Shown: positions 1-10,869 of the stretch, piece by piece | Layout: the number at the start of each line of letters is the position of its first letter | Position numbering within the stretch: position 1 is the first letter of the stretch | Source of the DNA: Verrucomicrobiota bacterium | GTDB lineage: Bacteria; Verrucomicrobiota; Verrucomicrobiia; Opitutales; Coraliomargaritaceae | Direction: 5' to 3' | Assembly (NCBI GenBank): GCA_039815375.1 | Contig: JBCBZJ010000001.1 | Span: 32,001 to 96,000, forward strand | DNA length: 64,000 nt | Position numbers and translations under genes: made by a program | The notes under the pieces: generated by a model | Databases searched by the model: none | What the model was told of the DNA's origin: nothing | What the model saw: only the letters and a program-made list of their open reading frames with translations

Positions 1-436
1 AGCTGAATTCGATGCGGGTGCGTGGCTTCGGCGGTGAGTCCACATCGCCAAGCTCGAAAATTTCTAAACCACCCAGATCGGTGCCGGCGACGTCGAAAGT
101 TGGGAGAGCAAAGTCTCCGCCAAGTGCGCCACCGGTTCCCGGATTGAGGGCCATATCGAGCTGTTCCAGCGATATGGGGGGCGGAGGTGTATTTAGCTCG
201 GGCGGTGGTTCCTCTTCTTCAGGTGGGGGTGGTTCAGGGGGATCCTCGGGTGGTGGCGGAGGTGGTGGCGGTGCTACATTAAGGGCCTCGATTTGTTCCG
301 GCTCTTTTTGAAAATCGGTAAAGATCTGTGTCAGCGGAATGATGAGGAAAAGTGCACCACTCAAGCCGATGCCGATCACGGTCCCTGAGGCGCGCATGCC
401 GACTCGGTGTTGCGGTGGACTGTAGATCTTTGCCAT
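1..436 (-). CDS. tonB: Energy transducer TonB (N-terminal part, runs off the window edge)
   Basis: Not in the ORF track. My translation from ATG 436 is [10 protein letters not shown]..., then one TM segment ([16 protein letters not shown]) and a Pro/Glu-rich linker ([23 protein letters not shown]). It lies directly downstream of exbD. Confidence 0.85.
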   Translation of the reverse strand, partial: MAKIYSPPQHRVGMRASGTVIGIGLSGALFLIIPLTQIFTDFQKEPEQIEALNVAPPPPPPPPEDPPEPPPPEEEEPPPELNTPPPPISLEQLDMALNPGTGGALGGDFALPTFDVAGTDLGGLEIFELGDVDSPPKPRTRIEFS

Positions 437-481
437 CTGGAAAATGCTAAAAACTTCAGAAGCGATACTTTGAACGCTGGG

Positions 482-880
482 CTATCGTTTCGTAGAGAAA
501 TTAATGGACTTCGCACCGGCTAGCTTTGCTTCGCCATAGACTCGCGCGAAAACACCGTGATTGGCACCTTCGTCAGCCTGGATGATAACAGGTATGTCTT
601 CCTGGAGCGTGAGCCGTTTCACGATAGGAGAAACACCTGCAATACCGATGTCTCGCCCACCGTAGATCACTTTGTTGTCGTTGGTGATAGCGATGAGGAT
701 GCTGTTCTTCTCAAGTTGAATCGCCGCGGCTGCTTCTGGTTTGTTGACTTCTACACCTGTCTCTTCGACGAATACGGTCGTCACAATAAAGAAGATGAGG
801 AGAATGAAGACCATGTCGATCATAGGCGAGAGGTTGATCTCGACATCGTCTCGTTCGTTGGCTGTGAGGTTTCGGCGCAT
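482..880 (-). CDS. exbD: Biopolymer transport protein ExbD/TolR
   Basis: [20 protein letters not shown] with the conserved Asp; IIQAD motif. Confidence 0.93.
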   Translation of the reverse strand: MRRNLTANERDDVEINLSPMIDMVFILLIFFIVTTVFVEETGVEVNKPEAAAAIQLEKNSILIAITNDNKVIYGGRDIGIAGVSPIVKRLTLQEDIPVIIQADEGANHGVFARVYGEAKLAGAKSINFSTKR

Positions 881-916
881 TGGAGATATTGGTAAGAGTG
901 GGAGTGTCTAAGACTT

Positions 917-1501
917 CTAATCGAGTTTCAGCTTGGTCAGACAGAGTGACTCGATGCGAGCAAGCGCAGCTTCGATCGCGTGTTGACGGTTGCGGATAAC
1001 GAGAATCAGGAAGATGCCGGGCAGCGCCACGACCAGTCCGGTTTGGGTTGTGATGAGAGCCTCTGAGATGCCCTGAGAAACGACGTCGACGGTATCACCG
1101 CCACTTTTCTTGGCGATACCTGAGAAGGTGGCCAGCATCCCGATAACAGTGCCAAGGAGGCCCATGAGCGGAGCTGCGGCAACCAAAGTATTGAGGAAGA
1201 TTAATCTACGTTCTACATCGTGGAGAATGGACTGGCGCACCTCTTCGAACCGATTTCGAACATGCTTTGAGCTGCGGGCATCCTCCTGTGTATAGCGGAT
1301 GATTTCGCCTGCACGGCCTTTGGCCTTTTCCGGGTTGTAGACCCATGTCATCCATTCGGAATCACTGCCGAGTTGTATGTTACCTTTGCGGAGGAAGAGC
1401 AAAAGCTCCGCACAGTTCGTATAGATCAGCAGAGCAAGAACTGCGAGTGGATACATGACCCATCCACCGCTATTCAGGATACTAAAAATCTGCTCAAACA
1501 T
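917..1501 (-). CDS. exbB: MotA/TolQ/ExbB proton channel protein
   Basis: [35 protein letters not shown]. Confidence 0.92.
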   Translation of the reverse strand: MFEQIFSILNSGGWVMYPLAVLALLIYTNCAELLLFLRKGNIQLGSDSEWMTWVYNPEKAKGRAGEIIRYTQEDARSSKHVRNRFEEVRQSILHDVERRLIFLNTLVAAAPLMGLLGTVIGMLATFSGIAKKSGGDTVDVVSQGISEALITTQTGLVVALPGIFLILVIRNRQHAIEAALARIESLCLTKLKLD

Positions 1502-1526
1502 GACTGATATTCAAAATGGAGCTTTG

Positions 1527-2927
1527 TTAACTGCGAGAGCCCATCACGCCGTTGATAAAGCCGACTGCGATCTGCTCAAGGTCGCCGACTTTTTGACGGG
1601 CCATGCGCGAAATCAGGCCATGAGCAATTAGCGAAGGAATCGCGACGATCAGGCCGAGTTCTGTCGTGACAAGTGCTTGGGAAATACCATCAGCGAGGTT
1701 ACTCGCGTCACCGGTTCCGAAAACGGTGATGAGCTTGAAAGTGTTGATCATCCCGGTGACGGTTCCAAGCAGTCCAAGAAGTGGAGCTGCCGCTGCGGTC
1801 AAGGCCATGAAAGGCAGGAAGCGCTCGAGCTTTGGCCGGGCAACCAGAATCTTCTCATAGAGAATTTCTTCCAGTGTGCCACGCTTCTCACATGCATGTT
1901 CCACGCCTTTGCGTAGCAAGTCGCCACCTGCGCCGCCGATTTCGGAAGCCAAAGCTTGAGCCTTGGCGAGATCGTTGGCTTCAACCTGTTCCAGAACGCC
2001 CTGAATTTGAGCGGAAGATGGTGTTTTGAAGGCCACCACTTCTATGATTTTGAATAGACCGATCAGCAGACAAACTGCACCGAGACCAATAATGATGTAG
2101 CCCCAGAGCCCACCTTGGGCAATGTGTTCCATGGTGGTATCTTTGCTCTCTTCGATCTTAAGTGCTTTGCCAAGTGTTGGATCGGTCGGAATGACGCCGT
2201 CTTTGTTCGAGATGAACTCGCGAATCATACCGGTTGCACTGCCATCTAATACGGCAATCGCCGCTTCTGCTGCATTGAGCTTATTAAATGTGATGCCGGC
2301 AGCCTCGGACTGCGAGGAGGAGAAATAAACTGCGGGGCCGTATGCGGCAAAAGTGCCTTCTTCGATCATGCCGTTGGGCGTGAGGGCCTGACCTTCAAAA
2401 GTGTAGCCGCCGACAAGTTCTTCGAGGCGACCAATGGCAACACCGATCACATCAATCTGTTTGTCGAAGCGTTCGGCCTGTGTCAGGTTCGGATCGTCAA
2501 GCGCGAGGCGTGCTTCTTCTGCTGCAGAAGCGTAGAGTTGAACCTCACTAAAATCGATTCGGGTTTCGAAAGAGCGGACGAATTCATCGAGGAGTCCGGC
2601 AGCATACTCGTTTTGTGCTTTAATGGCTTCGACCTGTTCGCGGAGCCGGTTCAGGCCGAGGTCGCTGTTGTCGCGGAGGCGTCGGAGGCGGTCCAGCTCG
2701 GAAGACTTTTGGCGCACCTTATTTTCTAGAGAGGATACTTCACGGATGAGCGGTATCTTGTCCTTAGCGATGCTCTCGCGGGTGGCGTTGAGCTCATCAA
2801 GAGCAGCTTGCAGGTCCTTGTCGGCTTGAGCGCTTGCGGATTGAAAGCTTTGTGCCTGGGCGGACGTCAGAGGCAAAGCAAGAGCTGTTAGCGTCGCGAC
2901 GAGAATGGTTTTGAGAGAAGCTTGCAT
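1527..2927 (-). CDS. Long MotA/TolQ/ExbB protein with periplasmic coiled coil (TtpC-like)
   Basis: Signal peptide, long helical N-terminal region, C-terminal [15 protein letters not shown] and [13 protein letters not shown]. Confidence 0.88.
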   Translation of the reverse strand: MQASLKTILVATLTALALPLTSAQAQSFQSASAQADKDLQAALDELNATRESIAKDKIPLIREVSSLENKVRQKSSELDRLRRLRDNSDLGLNRLREQVEAIKAQNEYAAGLLDEFVRSFETRIDFSEVQLYASAAEEARLALDDPNLTQAERFDKQIDVIGVAIGRLEELVGGYTFEGQALTPNGMIEEGTFAAYGPAVYFSSSQSEAAGITFNKLNAAEAAIAVLDGSATGMIREFISNKDGVIPTDPTLGKALKIEESKDTTMEHIAQGGLWGYIIIGLGAVCLLIGLFKIIEVVAFKTPSSAQIQGVLEQVEANDLAKAQALASEIGGAGGDLLRKGVEHACEKRGTLEEILYEKILVARPKLERFLPFMALTAAAAPLLGLLGTVTGMINTFKLITVFGTGDASNLADGISQALVTTELGLIVAIPSLIAHGLISRMARQKVGDLEQIAVGFINGVMGSRS

Positions 2928-2950
2928 GGTTCGTGGCTAAATCGGAGGTT

Positions 2951-3718
2951 TTACTTGATGCTTGCTGGAACGTTGACGAACTCAATGTCCTCGGTGCCCT
3001 CGTAGACCTCGATCAGACGTTTGATTTCGGCACTGGAGTCTTGCATGCGGGGCCATTCCCAGCCATCCGGAGTCGGGTGGCCCATACCCGCGTATTCGCC
3101 GGAAGCATCGACGTAGTAGGCGGCAGCAAGACCGAGGTAGATCGTGCGCACTTCGACGACTTTGCCGCCTTCAATTTCGCGCGATTCACTGGTTTGTGTG
3201 ATCGTGGTATTAAACTTATCGGTCTGGCTGAGGATACCGACGATGTTCTGCACGCGCTCACCCAGCGAGAGGGATGTATTTTCAGGGTCCTCCGGTAGCC
3301 GGCGAATGAGGGGCTTGATGGTATCAACCAGAGGCTCAGGCAGCGTTTTAACGATAGCCTTCATCTGGGTCTCGAGCCCGCCGATATTGGCTTCGACAAC
3401 AGTAGAGGCTGCAGTCAGCGCGTCTTTTTCTGCTGTAAGCTTAGCGCGGTCTTCGTCGGCTGCGGTGGCCGATGCTTCGAGTTCTTTGAGTGCAGTGTCC
3501 AGCCGTTGCGTTTCGCTTGTTAGCAAGTTGACCGTATCGGTGAGGATGGACTGTTCGAGCTGCCAGTTCGTGTTTTCTTCAGAAATGATCTGGCGTGTCT
3601 CCACCCATTCTTCGAGGACACTACGCGTATCGCCTACTTTATCTGCTGCGTGGAGTGCGCCGGTAGTGGCTAGAGTAGCCGCTGAAAGGGCCATAAGAAA
3701 TCTGTTCTTCATAATCAA
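2951..3718 (-). CDS. DUF3450-like periplasmic coiled-coil protein (TonB2/TtpC-system accessory)
   Basis: Signal peptide, coiled coil, C-terminal VRTIYLGL...W-x-W; first gene of the exbB-exbB-exbD-tonB operon. Confidence 0.75.
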   Translation of the reverse strand: MIMKNRFLMALSAATLATTGALHAADKVGDTRSVLEEWVETRQIISEENTNWQLEQSILTDTVNLLTSETQRLDTALKELEASATAADEDRAKLTAEKDALTAASTVVEANIGGLETQMKAIVKTLPEPLVDTIKPLIRRLPEDPENTSLSLGERVQNIVGILSQTDKFNTTITQTSESREIEGGKVVEVRTIYLGLAAAYYVDASGEYAGMGHPTPDGWEWPRMQDSSAEIKRLIEVYEGTEDIEFVNVPASIK

Positions 3719-3772
3719 ATTTAAGGAGTGGCGAGCGTTATCAGAAAGGGTGTGTCGATGAAAGCGCGCGTC

Positions 3773-3811
3773 TGTTAAGCTTAGGTGTCTGTAATGTTAC
3801 AATGGTGTTAA
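3773..3811 (-). promoter_or_regulatory. Putative OmpR/PhoB-family tandem box upstream of the DUF3450-exbBBD-tonB operon
   Basis: Minus strand reads TTAACA-N5-GTAACA-N5-GACACC-N5-TTAACA, an 11-bp period. Confidence 0.45.
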
Positions 3812-4022
3812 GCGACTAAGCGAGACACGGCCAATAGGGTATTCCGAATTTCGAGTAGTAGACATTCAATTCTTTATAGAATCGGGGGAATAATGTTAAA
3901 TTTTCTGACATTATGTTAGATATTTTGCCAAATGCGAGGATAAATGTGCCATAGCGAGCGTTACTTTGGCTGTTGGCTAATTCCCGCTTGCGCCGAAACA
4001 ACCGACAGTCCAGCATGAATAG

Positions 4023-4408
<386 letters not shown>

Positions 4409-4490
4409 ACTTTCACTCGCATATGGTGGAGGTTTCCGCCTTGACAGGCTCTTTGTAAAACACCACCTTCCACGCCTTTTTCAATTTATC

Positions 4491-4752
<262 letters not shown>

Positions 4753-4775
4753 AAAAATTCTACCCTAACCCCTAT

Positions 4776-4811
4776 TGCCCCCGGATTCGCTTGTCGGTCC
4801 GGGGGCATTTT
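4776..4811 (+). terminator. Rho-independent terminator after rpsT
   Basis: TGCCCCCGGA...TCCGGGGGCA stem followed by a T-run. Confidence 0.7.
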
Positions 4812-4828
4812 GTATCCACTGTCTACAG

Positions 4829-5641
4829 ATGCCGGCAAAATCCAGTTCGAAAAATGCCATCGGTTTTCCTCCAACCTTGCTGGGCGACGCGCCTTTCAGA
4901 CTTTTGATCCTTGGCGATTCAGAGCCATGGCTTGCTCTGGATAAACCAGCCGGGGTCGGCATGCGGGCTTTTCCCTGGGATGAGAAGCCGGATATCGACG
5001 CTGCACTCAATCTCCAGCTTCAGGAGGCTAAGCCTGAGTTGATGCGCACGGGCGCCAGCTTATTTGGTTCCGTCTATTACCTCGACCCTGAGATCTCGGG
5101 TGTGGCGGTTTTTGCAAAGAACCGGGATAGTTTGGCTGAACTGCGGAATCGTTTCGGTTCGGGCGAGTGTCGATTCAAGTTCCTATTCATTGCAGGCCGC
5201 CATGATGATCTGGAAGTAGAATTTCGTGCAGATGCCCCGTTGCTTCCACACCGGGTCAAGCCGAAGATGATTCCTTCAACAGCCAAGGGAAAAAAGTCTT
5301 TCACCGATTTCCGGAAGTTGGACGAATCCAAGCTTGGTTGGGCGCTCTGGGAGGCAAGGACTGATTTTTTCCGGCCGCATCAGGTGCGGGCTCATGCCGC
5401 CACACATGGTATCCCTGTCCTCGGCGATACCGTCTATGGCGGTCCGGTTGCTCCAACTGTGCGCCAGCTCCAGCCCCGCGCTCGTCGCTCTGATCTGGAT
5501 AAGTCGGTTTATCAGGGCCTGGCGATTCACCTCTCGCGGGCCGAGCTTTTCGCAGGCGAGCCGGACTCCGCCATTGAGTCGCACCTACCAAAGCAACTCA
5601 GCCTTCTACTCAAACGACTCGGTTTAACTAGTGAGGCCTAA
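4829..5641 (+). CDS. RluA-family pseudouridine synthase-like protein with degenerate motifs
   Basis: [15 protein letters not shown] where HRLDxxTSG is expected; [19 protein letters not shown]. Confidence 0.8.
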   Translation: MPAKSSSKNAIGFPPTLLGDAPFRLLILGDSEPWLALDKPAGVGMRAFPWDEKPDIDAALNLQLQEAKPELMRTGASLFGSVYYLDPEISGVAVFAKNRDSLAELRNRFGSGECRFKFLFIAGRHDDLEVEFRADAPLLPHRVKPKMIPSTAKGKKSFTDFRKLDESKLGWALWEARTDFFRPHQVRAHAATHGIPVLGDTVYGGPVAPTVRQLQPRARRSDLDKSVYQGLAIHLSRAELFAGEPDSAIESHLPKQLSLLLKRLGLTSEA

Positions 5642-5715
5642 TTAAGCTCCAGAATAGGAACTTGCTATTTGATGGCGGGTTCCTTTCCTTCTCCGGTTTT
5701 TCAACAAATATCGCT

Positions 5716-6033
5716 ATGGAATTTTCTGCTCTTTTTCCGCTTGCTCAAGCGAATCCCGGAGGTGGCGGCCTCACACAATTTCTGCCCATTATTTTACTTT
5801 TTGTCGGTATGTGGTTTCTGATCATTGCGCCGCAGCGCAAACGCCAGAAAGCCCACGAGCAAATGCTCTCCGAACTCAAGACCGGCGACGAAGTGGTCAC
5901 CAGTGGAGGCATTTATGGCACCATCACAAACGTTAAGGATGACCGCTTCGTTCTGCGCATCGCCGACAATACTAAAATCGAGCTTGGAAAGAACTTTGTT
6001 GCCAACAAGGTCGATGCCGAAGCAGCCAGTTAA
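5716..6033 (+). CDS. yajC: Preprotein translocase subunit YajC
   Basis: PQRKRQKAH...LKTGDEVVTSGGIYG; upstream of secDF. Confidence 0.95.
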   Translation: MEFSALFPLAQANPGGGGLTQFLPIILLFVGMWFLIIAPQRKRQKAHEQMLSELKTGDEVVTSGGIYGTITNVKDDRFVLRIADNTKIELGKNFVANKVDAEAAS

Positions 6034-6071
6034 TCGATACCAACTTCATAAATAACCGTTAGGTTTTGCCC

Positions 6072-8633
6072 ATGTCCGGTAACATACTTTGGAAATTTCT
6101 ACTCACCTGCACGATCATCTTCTGGTGCGCGATGAGTATCTCCCCGCTTCAGGATCGTCCTTTCGAAGATTACATTGTCGCGCAGGTCACTGCTGAGCAG
6201 AATGAGTTTGCCGACGTTCTACAACGTGCAGAGGCTCGCGTTGACGCAGGCGAATCCCCCACGCTTTTCATCGCGCTTCGTGATCTCGGTTTGGAAGAGG
6301 GCATTAATTACGCGAAGTTCTTTCCTCAGATTAACGTGGCCGATGTGGCCAATCAGAACAAGCGGAACGATATCCTGCTGAAGCACATTCTCAAAACCGC
6401 CCAGAGCCAACTAAAGCTTGGTCTCGACCTGAAGGGCGGCGTTGGTGTGACACTTAAGATCGACGAAACGGCGATCGAAGGCTTGGATCAATTTGAGCAG
6501 GCGGATCAGCTTGAGAAAGCCATCACTATCATGGGCGACCGTCTGGACGGTATGGGTGTCGCCGAGCCGGTAATCCGTGCACGCGGTGATAATGCGATCG
6601 AAATCCAGCTCGCTGGTCTTTCGACCAAGGATAATCCAGAGGTGATTGATTCGATCAAGAAGCCGGCCCGTCTTGAATTTCGTGCTGTTCATCCCGAATT
6701 GCGCCCTGATACAACGCCGACTAACCGCTATCCGGTTGGCTATGAGGTTCTGTCGGAAGAGATTGAAGATCGTCGCAGCGGCGAGGTTTTTGAAAGCCGC
6801 TATTTCGTGAAGATGATTCCGGAGGCGACTGGTGAGATCATTGAGGATGCTTTCGCCTCGCAAACTCCAAATGGTGGTTTCCAGATCAATCTGGTGATGA
6901 CGAATGATGGCGCAAAGGTGTTTCGCCAGGTCACGGAGCGCTTCGCTCCACAGGGCAACCAGCCGGGGCGTCCGTTGGCGATTGTTCTGGACGGCAAACT
7001 TTACTCTGCTCCGAGGATTCAGGCTGTTCTTTCCAAGAATGCCCAAATTACAGGAAGTTTCTCACAACGCGAAGCACTTGAGTTGGCTAATGTTCTCAAC
7101 AATCCGCTGGCAGTGGAGTTGCGTGTCGATGAGATGTATGAGGTCGGTCCGACAATGGCAGCCGGTGCTCGTGACAGTTCTGTCAATGCAGCCCAGTGGG
7201 GCGCAATTGCAGTTGTTGCGTTCATGATCATTTACTACTTTCTGGGCGGGATCGTCGCGGTTACCTCCGCAATCATTAACGTTATCATTGTCCTTGGTGT
7301 ATTGGCCAGCCTCGGTGCCACGCTCACTCTGCCGGGTGTTGCTGCGCTGGTCCTCACACTCGGTATGGGTGTGGATGCAAACATCCTGATTTTTGAACGT
7401 ATCCGCGAAGAGCTTCGTGCCGGTAAGAGTATAAAGAATGCCACCGCCGGTGCCTTCCAGAAAGTGACCTCCACCATCGTGGACGCGAATGTCACTACGC
7501 TGATCACTGCAACGATTCTCATCTGGCTCGGCACTGGTCCGGTCAAGGGCTTCGGTATCACGCTGGCGATTGGTATCTGCGCCTCGATTTTCTGTGCCCT
7601 TGTCGTGACTCGTTTCATCGTCGACTTCCTCGTTCATCAGATTGGCGTTTCAAAGGTGCTTGGGCTGAGTCTTTTTCCGGAACGTAAGATCGATTTCTTC
7701 AAGTTCCGTAAGCCTGCCTTTGCCGCTTCCTGGATGCTCGTGCTTGCTGGAGTCGTTAGTGTGGTGATGCATCACGACAATATTCTTGGTAAGGATTTTA
7801 CCGGTGGTGACGAAATGACTGTCAGTTACACGGAGCGTGTTTCAACGGATGAGATCATGCAGGTCGTCGATCAGCAGGATCTTGGTGATGTTACTGCGCT
7901 TTACCAAACATTGATTGGTGACGGAAGCGAAGTGCTCAAGATTCAGACTCCATTCGATCAGGGGCGCACGGTTCTGGAAGCCCTCAAAGCTGCCTTCCCG
8001 ACGGCAGGCCTGGATGAAGCAGGCCTCAGTCAAATCGGGGCTTCTGTTTCAAAGAGCATTCAATGGAATGCTTTGCTTTCTGTTGTTTGCGCACTTGGTG
8101 GTATTCTTCTTTACGTGGCCCTTCGATTCGAGATGGGCTACGGCATCGGTGCGGTTGTCGCTACGATCCACGATGTGCTGATGACGATCGGTATCTTCGT
8201 GATCTGTGGCGCACTTGGCATCTTTGTCAGCGGCCAGTTCACCGCGCCGATGTTGGCCGCGATTCTCATGATCGTCGGTTACTCGATCAACGATACCATT
8301 GTTGTGTTCGACCGTATCCGTGAAGAGCTCGAGCTAAATCCCGGCACCGATTTGCGCAGTATTATCAACATGGCGATCAGCCGCGTATTCTCCCGCTCCT
8401 TGCTCACAAGTATCACTACTTTGCTGGCAGCGACTTCGCTTTATGTTTTCGGCGCAGGCATCATCAACGATTTCTCTTTTGTTTTCATCATCGGCATCCT
8501 GACCGGGACCTTTTCCTCTATTTTCATTGCCAGTCCGGTATTCTACTGGTGGCATAAGGGGGATCGCCGCCACGTTGAAGAGCGCGAATTAACCCCGAAG
8601 CGCTACGAGTGGGAGAGCCAGAAAGAAGCTTAG
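6072..8633 (+). CDS. secDF: Fused protein translocase SecDF
   Basis: LGLDLKGG, GMGVDANILIFERIREE, GKDFTGG and GYSINDTIVVFDRIRE all in one ORF. Confidence 0.96.
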   Translation: MSGNILWKFLLTCTIIFWCAMSISPLQDRPFEDYIVAQVTAEQNEFADVLQRAEARVDAGESPTLFIALRDLGLEEGINYAKFFPQINVADVANQNKRNDILLKHILKTAQSQLKLGLDLKGGVGVTLKIDETAIEGLDQFEQADQLEKAITIMGDRLDGMGVAEPVIRARGDNAIEIQLAGLSTKDNPEVIDSIKKPARLEFRAVHPELRPDTTPTNRYPVGYEVLSEEIEDRRSGEVFESRYFVKMIPEATGEIIEDAFASQTPNGGFQINLVMTNDGAKVFRQVTERFAPQGNQPGRPLAIVLDGKLYSAPRIQAVLSKNAQITGSFSQREALELANVLNNPLAVELRVDEMYEVGPTMAAGARDSSVNAAQWGAIAVVAFMIIYYFLGGIVAVTSAIINVIIVLGVLASLGATLTLPGVAALVLTLGMGVDANILIFERIREELRAGKSIKNATAGAFQKVTSTIVDANVTTLITATILIWLGTGPVKGFGITLAIGICASIFCALVVTRFIVDFLVHQIGVSKVLGLSLFPERKIDFFKFRKPAFAASWMLVLAGVVSVVMHHDNILGKDFTGGDEMTVSYTERVSTDEIMQVVDQQDLGDVTALYQTLIGDGSEVLKIQTPFDQGRTVLEALKAAFPTAGLDEAGLSQIGASVSKSIQWNALLSVVCALGGILLYVALRFEMGYGIGAVVATIHDVLMTIGIFVICGALGIFVSGQFTAPMLAAILMIVGYSINDTIVVFDRIREELELNPGTDLRSIINMAISRVFSRSLLTSITTLLAATSLYVFGAGIINDFSFVFIIGILTGTFSSIFIASPVFYWWHKGDRRHVEERELTPKRYEWESQKEA

Positions 8634-8715
8634 TCTTGTCGTTGATTGATGACGGGTGGCGGTTTGGCAACGGATCGTCACTTCTGTTTCAGACTCTATT
8701 AATCGAATCGAATCC

Positions 8716-10428
8716 ATGCGTTGGACAGTAGTTGAGACTGACGAAGCTCTTGCCGAAAAAATGTCAGATGAGCTGGGTGTCTCAACGGTCTGCGGCAAAT
8801 TGCTTGCGCAGCTGGGCTTTCCTTCGATCGAAGAAGCGGAAGAGTTCCTTCGGCCACGTTTGGCGCATCTGGACAATCCATATGCGCTGACAAATCTGGA
8901 AGACGCAGCGAGGCGAATTGAGGCTGCGGTCAACCAAGGGGAGGAGGTCGTTGTTTTCGGTGACTATGACGTCGATGGCATTACCAGCACGGTGCAGCTG
9001 ATCGGCATGTTGCGTTTGCTTGGCTTGAAGCCGCGCTTTTGCGTGCCGCGGCGGCTGAAGGAGGGTTATGGACTAAGCCGGGAGGCGATCGACCGTATTT
9101 TCGACGGCCAGGCACCTCAGCTTTTCATTGCTCTGGATTGTGGCACGAATGCGCATGAGCCGGTGGCTTATCTGCGCGAAATGGGTGTTGATGTAATCAT
9201 TGTTGATCACCACCAGGCCAAGGATAAACCCGTTGCCGATTGCACGCTCGTCAATCCCCACGTCAATGATCCTGCGGATGCGCCTTGGCGGGACTTGTGC
9301 ACGGCCGGACTGGTTTTTAAATTGCTTCACGGCCTGCTGAAGTGCCTGCGCCAGTCGGATGATCCACGTGTAGAGTCGATTCAACTTAAAGATACACTCG
9401 ACCTTGTGGCGCTTGGCACGGTGGCAGATCTGGTTCCCTTGCATCATGAAAATCGTATTCTGTCTTGGTATGGCCTACGTCACCTCCGGGCCAATGGTAG
9501 GACCGGGATACGTGCTCTCGCCGAGGTAAGCGGCATCGATACGGCACAGGAGATGACGAGTTCGGATATTTCTTTTAAGCTTGGTCCTCGGATCAACGCT
9601 TGTGGACGCTTGGCCGATGCAGCCCGCCCGATCCAGCTTTTGCTGGGAGAGGATTACAGGAGCTGCTGTGATATCGCAAAAGAGCTTGATACGCTCAACA
9701 AGGAACGACAGTCGATCGAGCGGAGCATTACGAAAGAGGCGGAGATTCGGGCCGAGACGGATTTCGCCAACAAGCCGGGGGTTGTGCTTTACGGAGAGGA
9801 TTGGCACCCCGGAGTGGTGGGTATCGTCGCCAGCCGCGTCAGTCGACGCCTGCACAAGCCTTGCATTATTTTAGGAGCCGAGGGTGAGATGGCGAAGGGT
9901 TCCGGCCGGAGTGTCGCCAACGTTAACCTCGTTGAAGTTTTCCAGCGTTGTTGCCACTTGCTGGATCACTGGGGTGGCCACCCAATGGCAGCTGGAATTG
10001 CGCTGAAAGCCGAGAATGTGGCTGCGTTTACAGAGTGTTTTATCTCAAGTCTAAGTTCGATGTATCCGGAAGGTTTACCCGATGCCTCGTTGGATGTGTC
10101 CACTTGGCTCGACCTCAACGAACTGAATGAGCAGTTACTTGAGGAGCTCGATCGCCTGCACCCATTTGGGCAGGGAAATTCCGAACCGATATTTGGACTT
10201 CGCTCGATTACTTTTGAAGAAGCCCCCCAAGCCTTTGGTCAGAACAACTTCCGCTTTCGTCTGCCCCCTGTCGAGGGTCGCGCAATATCCGGTATTGCAT
10301 GGGGTATGAGTCAGGCACCGATTCCCGGTAAAACGGTTGATTTGGCTTTGCGTTTCTCATGGAACCACTGGCGTGGTAGTCGCTACCCGCAGGTGACCCT
10401 GGTTGACTGGAGAGCTGCGGAAGCCTGA
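8716..10428 (+). CDS. recJ: ssDNA-specific exonuclease RecJ
   Basis: GDYDVDG, DCG, VDHH, GTVAD, GSGRS and GGHPMAAG motifs. Confidence 0.96.
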   Translation: MRWTVVETDEALAEKMSDELGVSTVCGKLLAQLGFPSIEEAEEFLRPRLAHLDNPYALTNLEDAARRIEAAVNQGEEVVVFGDYDVDGITSTVQLIGMLRLLGLKPRFCVPRRLKEGYGLSREAIDRIFDGQAPQLFIALDCGTNAHEPVAYLREMGVDVIIVDHHQAKDKPVADCTLVNPHVNDPADAPWRDLCTAGLVFKLLHGLLKCLRQSDDPRVESIQLKDTLDLVALGTVADLVPLHHENRILSWYGLRHLRANGRTGIRALAEVSGIDTAQEMTSSDISFKLGPRINACGRLADAARPIQLLLGEDYRSCCDIAKELDTLNKERQSIERSITKEAEIRAETDFANKPGVVLYGEDWHPGVVGIVASRVSRRLHKPCIILGAEGEMAKGSGRSVANVNLVEVFQRCCHLLDHWGGHPMAAGIALKAENVAAFTECFISSLSSMYPEGLPDASLDVSTWLDLNELNEQLLEELDRLHPFGQGNSEPIFGLRSITFEEAPQAFGQNNFRFRLPPVEGRAISGIAWGMSQAPIPGKTVDLALRFSWNHWRGSRYPQVTLVDWRAAEA

Positions 10429-10588
10429 GATCCCGTTTGCAACTCCACTTGGTCAAAGAACTTATCGGGTCTTTTTGGGCCGCCCCGGAGTGAGTTCTTT
10501 TGATCTGCTTCTGAGACACCTACTGTCGAGTTCGTATAAGAACAAACTCACTGAAATCTCCATCTTGGTTGTCAATGCGTCTATTCAA

Positions 10589-10869
10589 CCCGAACTATGC
10601 AAACGGATTTTTTGAACAAAAGGTTTATCTTTGTAAGTGCCTTTGAATCAGGCACATTTCCAATGCATCGCATTAAAAATGTGCTCACCAGAATGGTGTT
10701 TTCGAATTGTTCCGGTTCCGGCCGCGGCCGGAACCGGTCTTGTCGCTTCGCTCGGAACTTAGGCGACCAAGTCACATGGCTGCCTATCAGGCCAGCAGTC
10801 ACGTATGTTTATACGCTCCTTCGGCCTTCAGTAGCCGAGCACCTTGCGCATCCTATTGCATAGATCGGG
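10589..10869. mobile_element. MITE-like non-autonomous element (281 bp)
   Basis: 20-bp terminal inverted repeats match at 17/20, TTCAA flanks both sides, internal palindromes, partial second copy at 42559-42667. Confidence 0.7.

Noticed and set aside
12..311. Gly/Ser-rich + strand ORF
   Set aside because: It is the antisense shadow of the Pro-rich TonB linker.
3831..3853. CCAATAG-led word also seen near 42536 and 53414 in intergenic DNA
   Set aside because: Similarity beyond 7-9 bp is weak, so I cannot separate it from chance without a genome-wide count.
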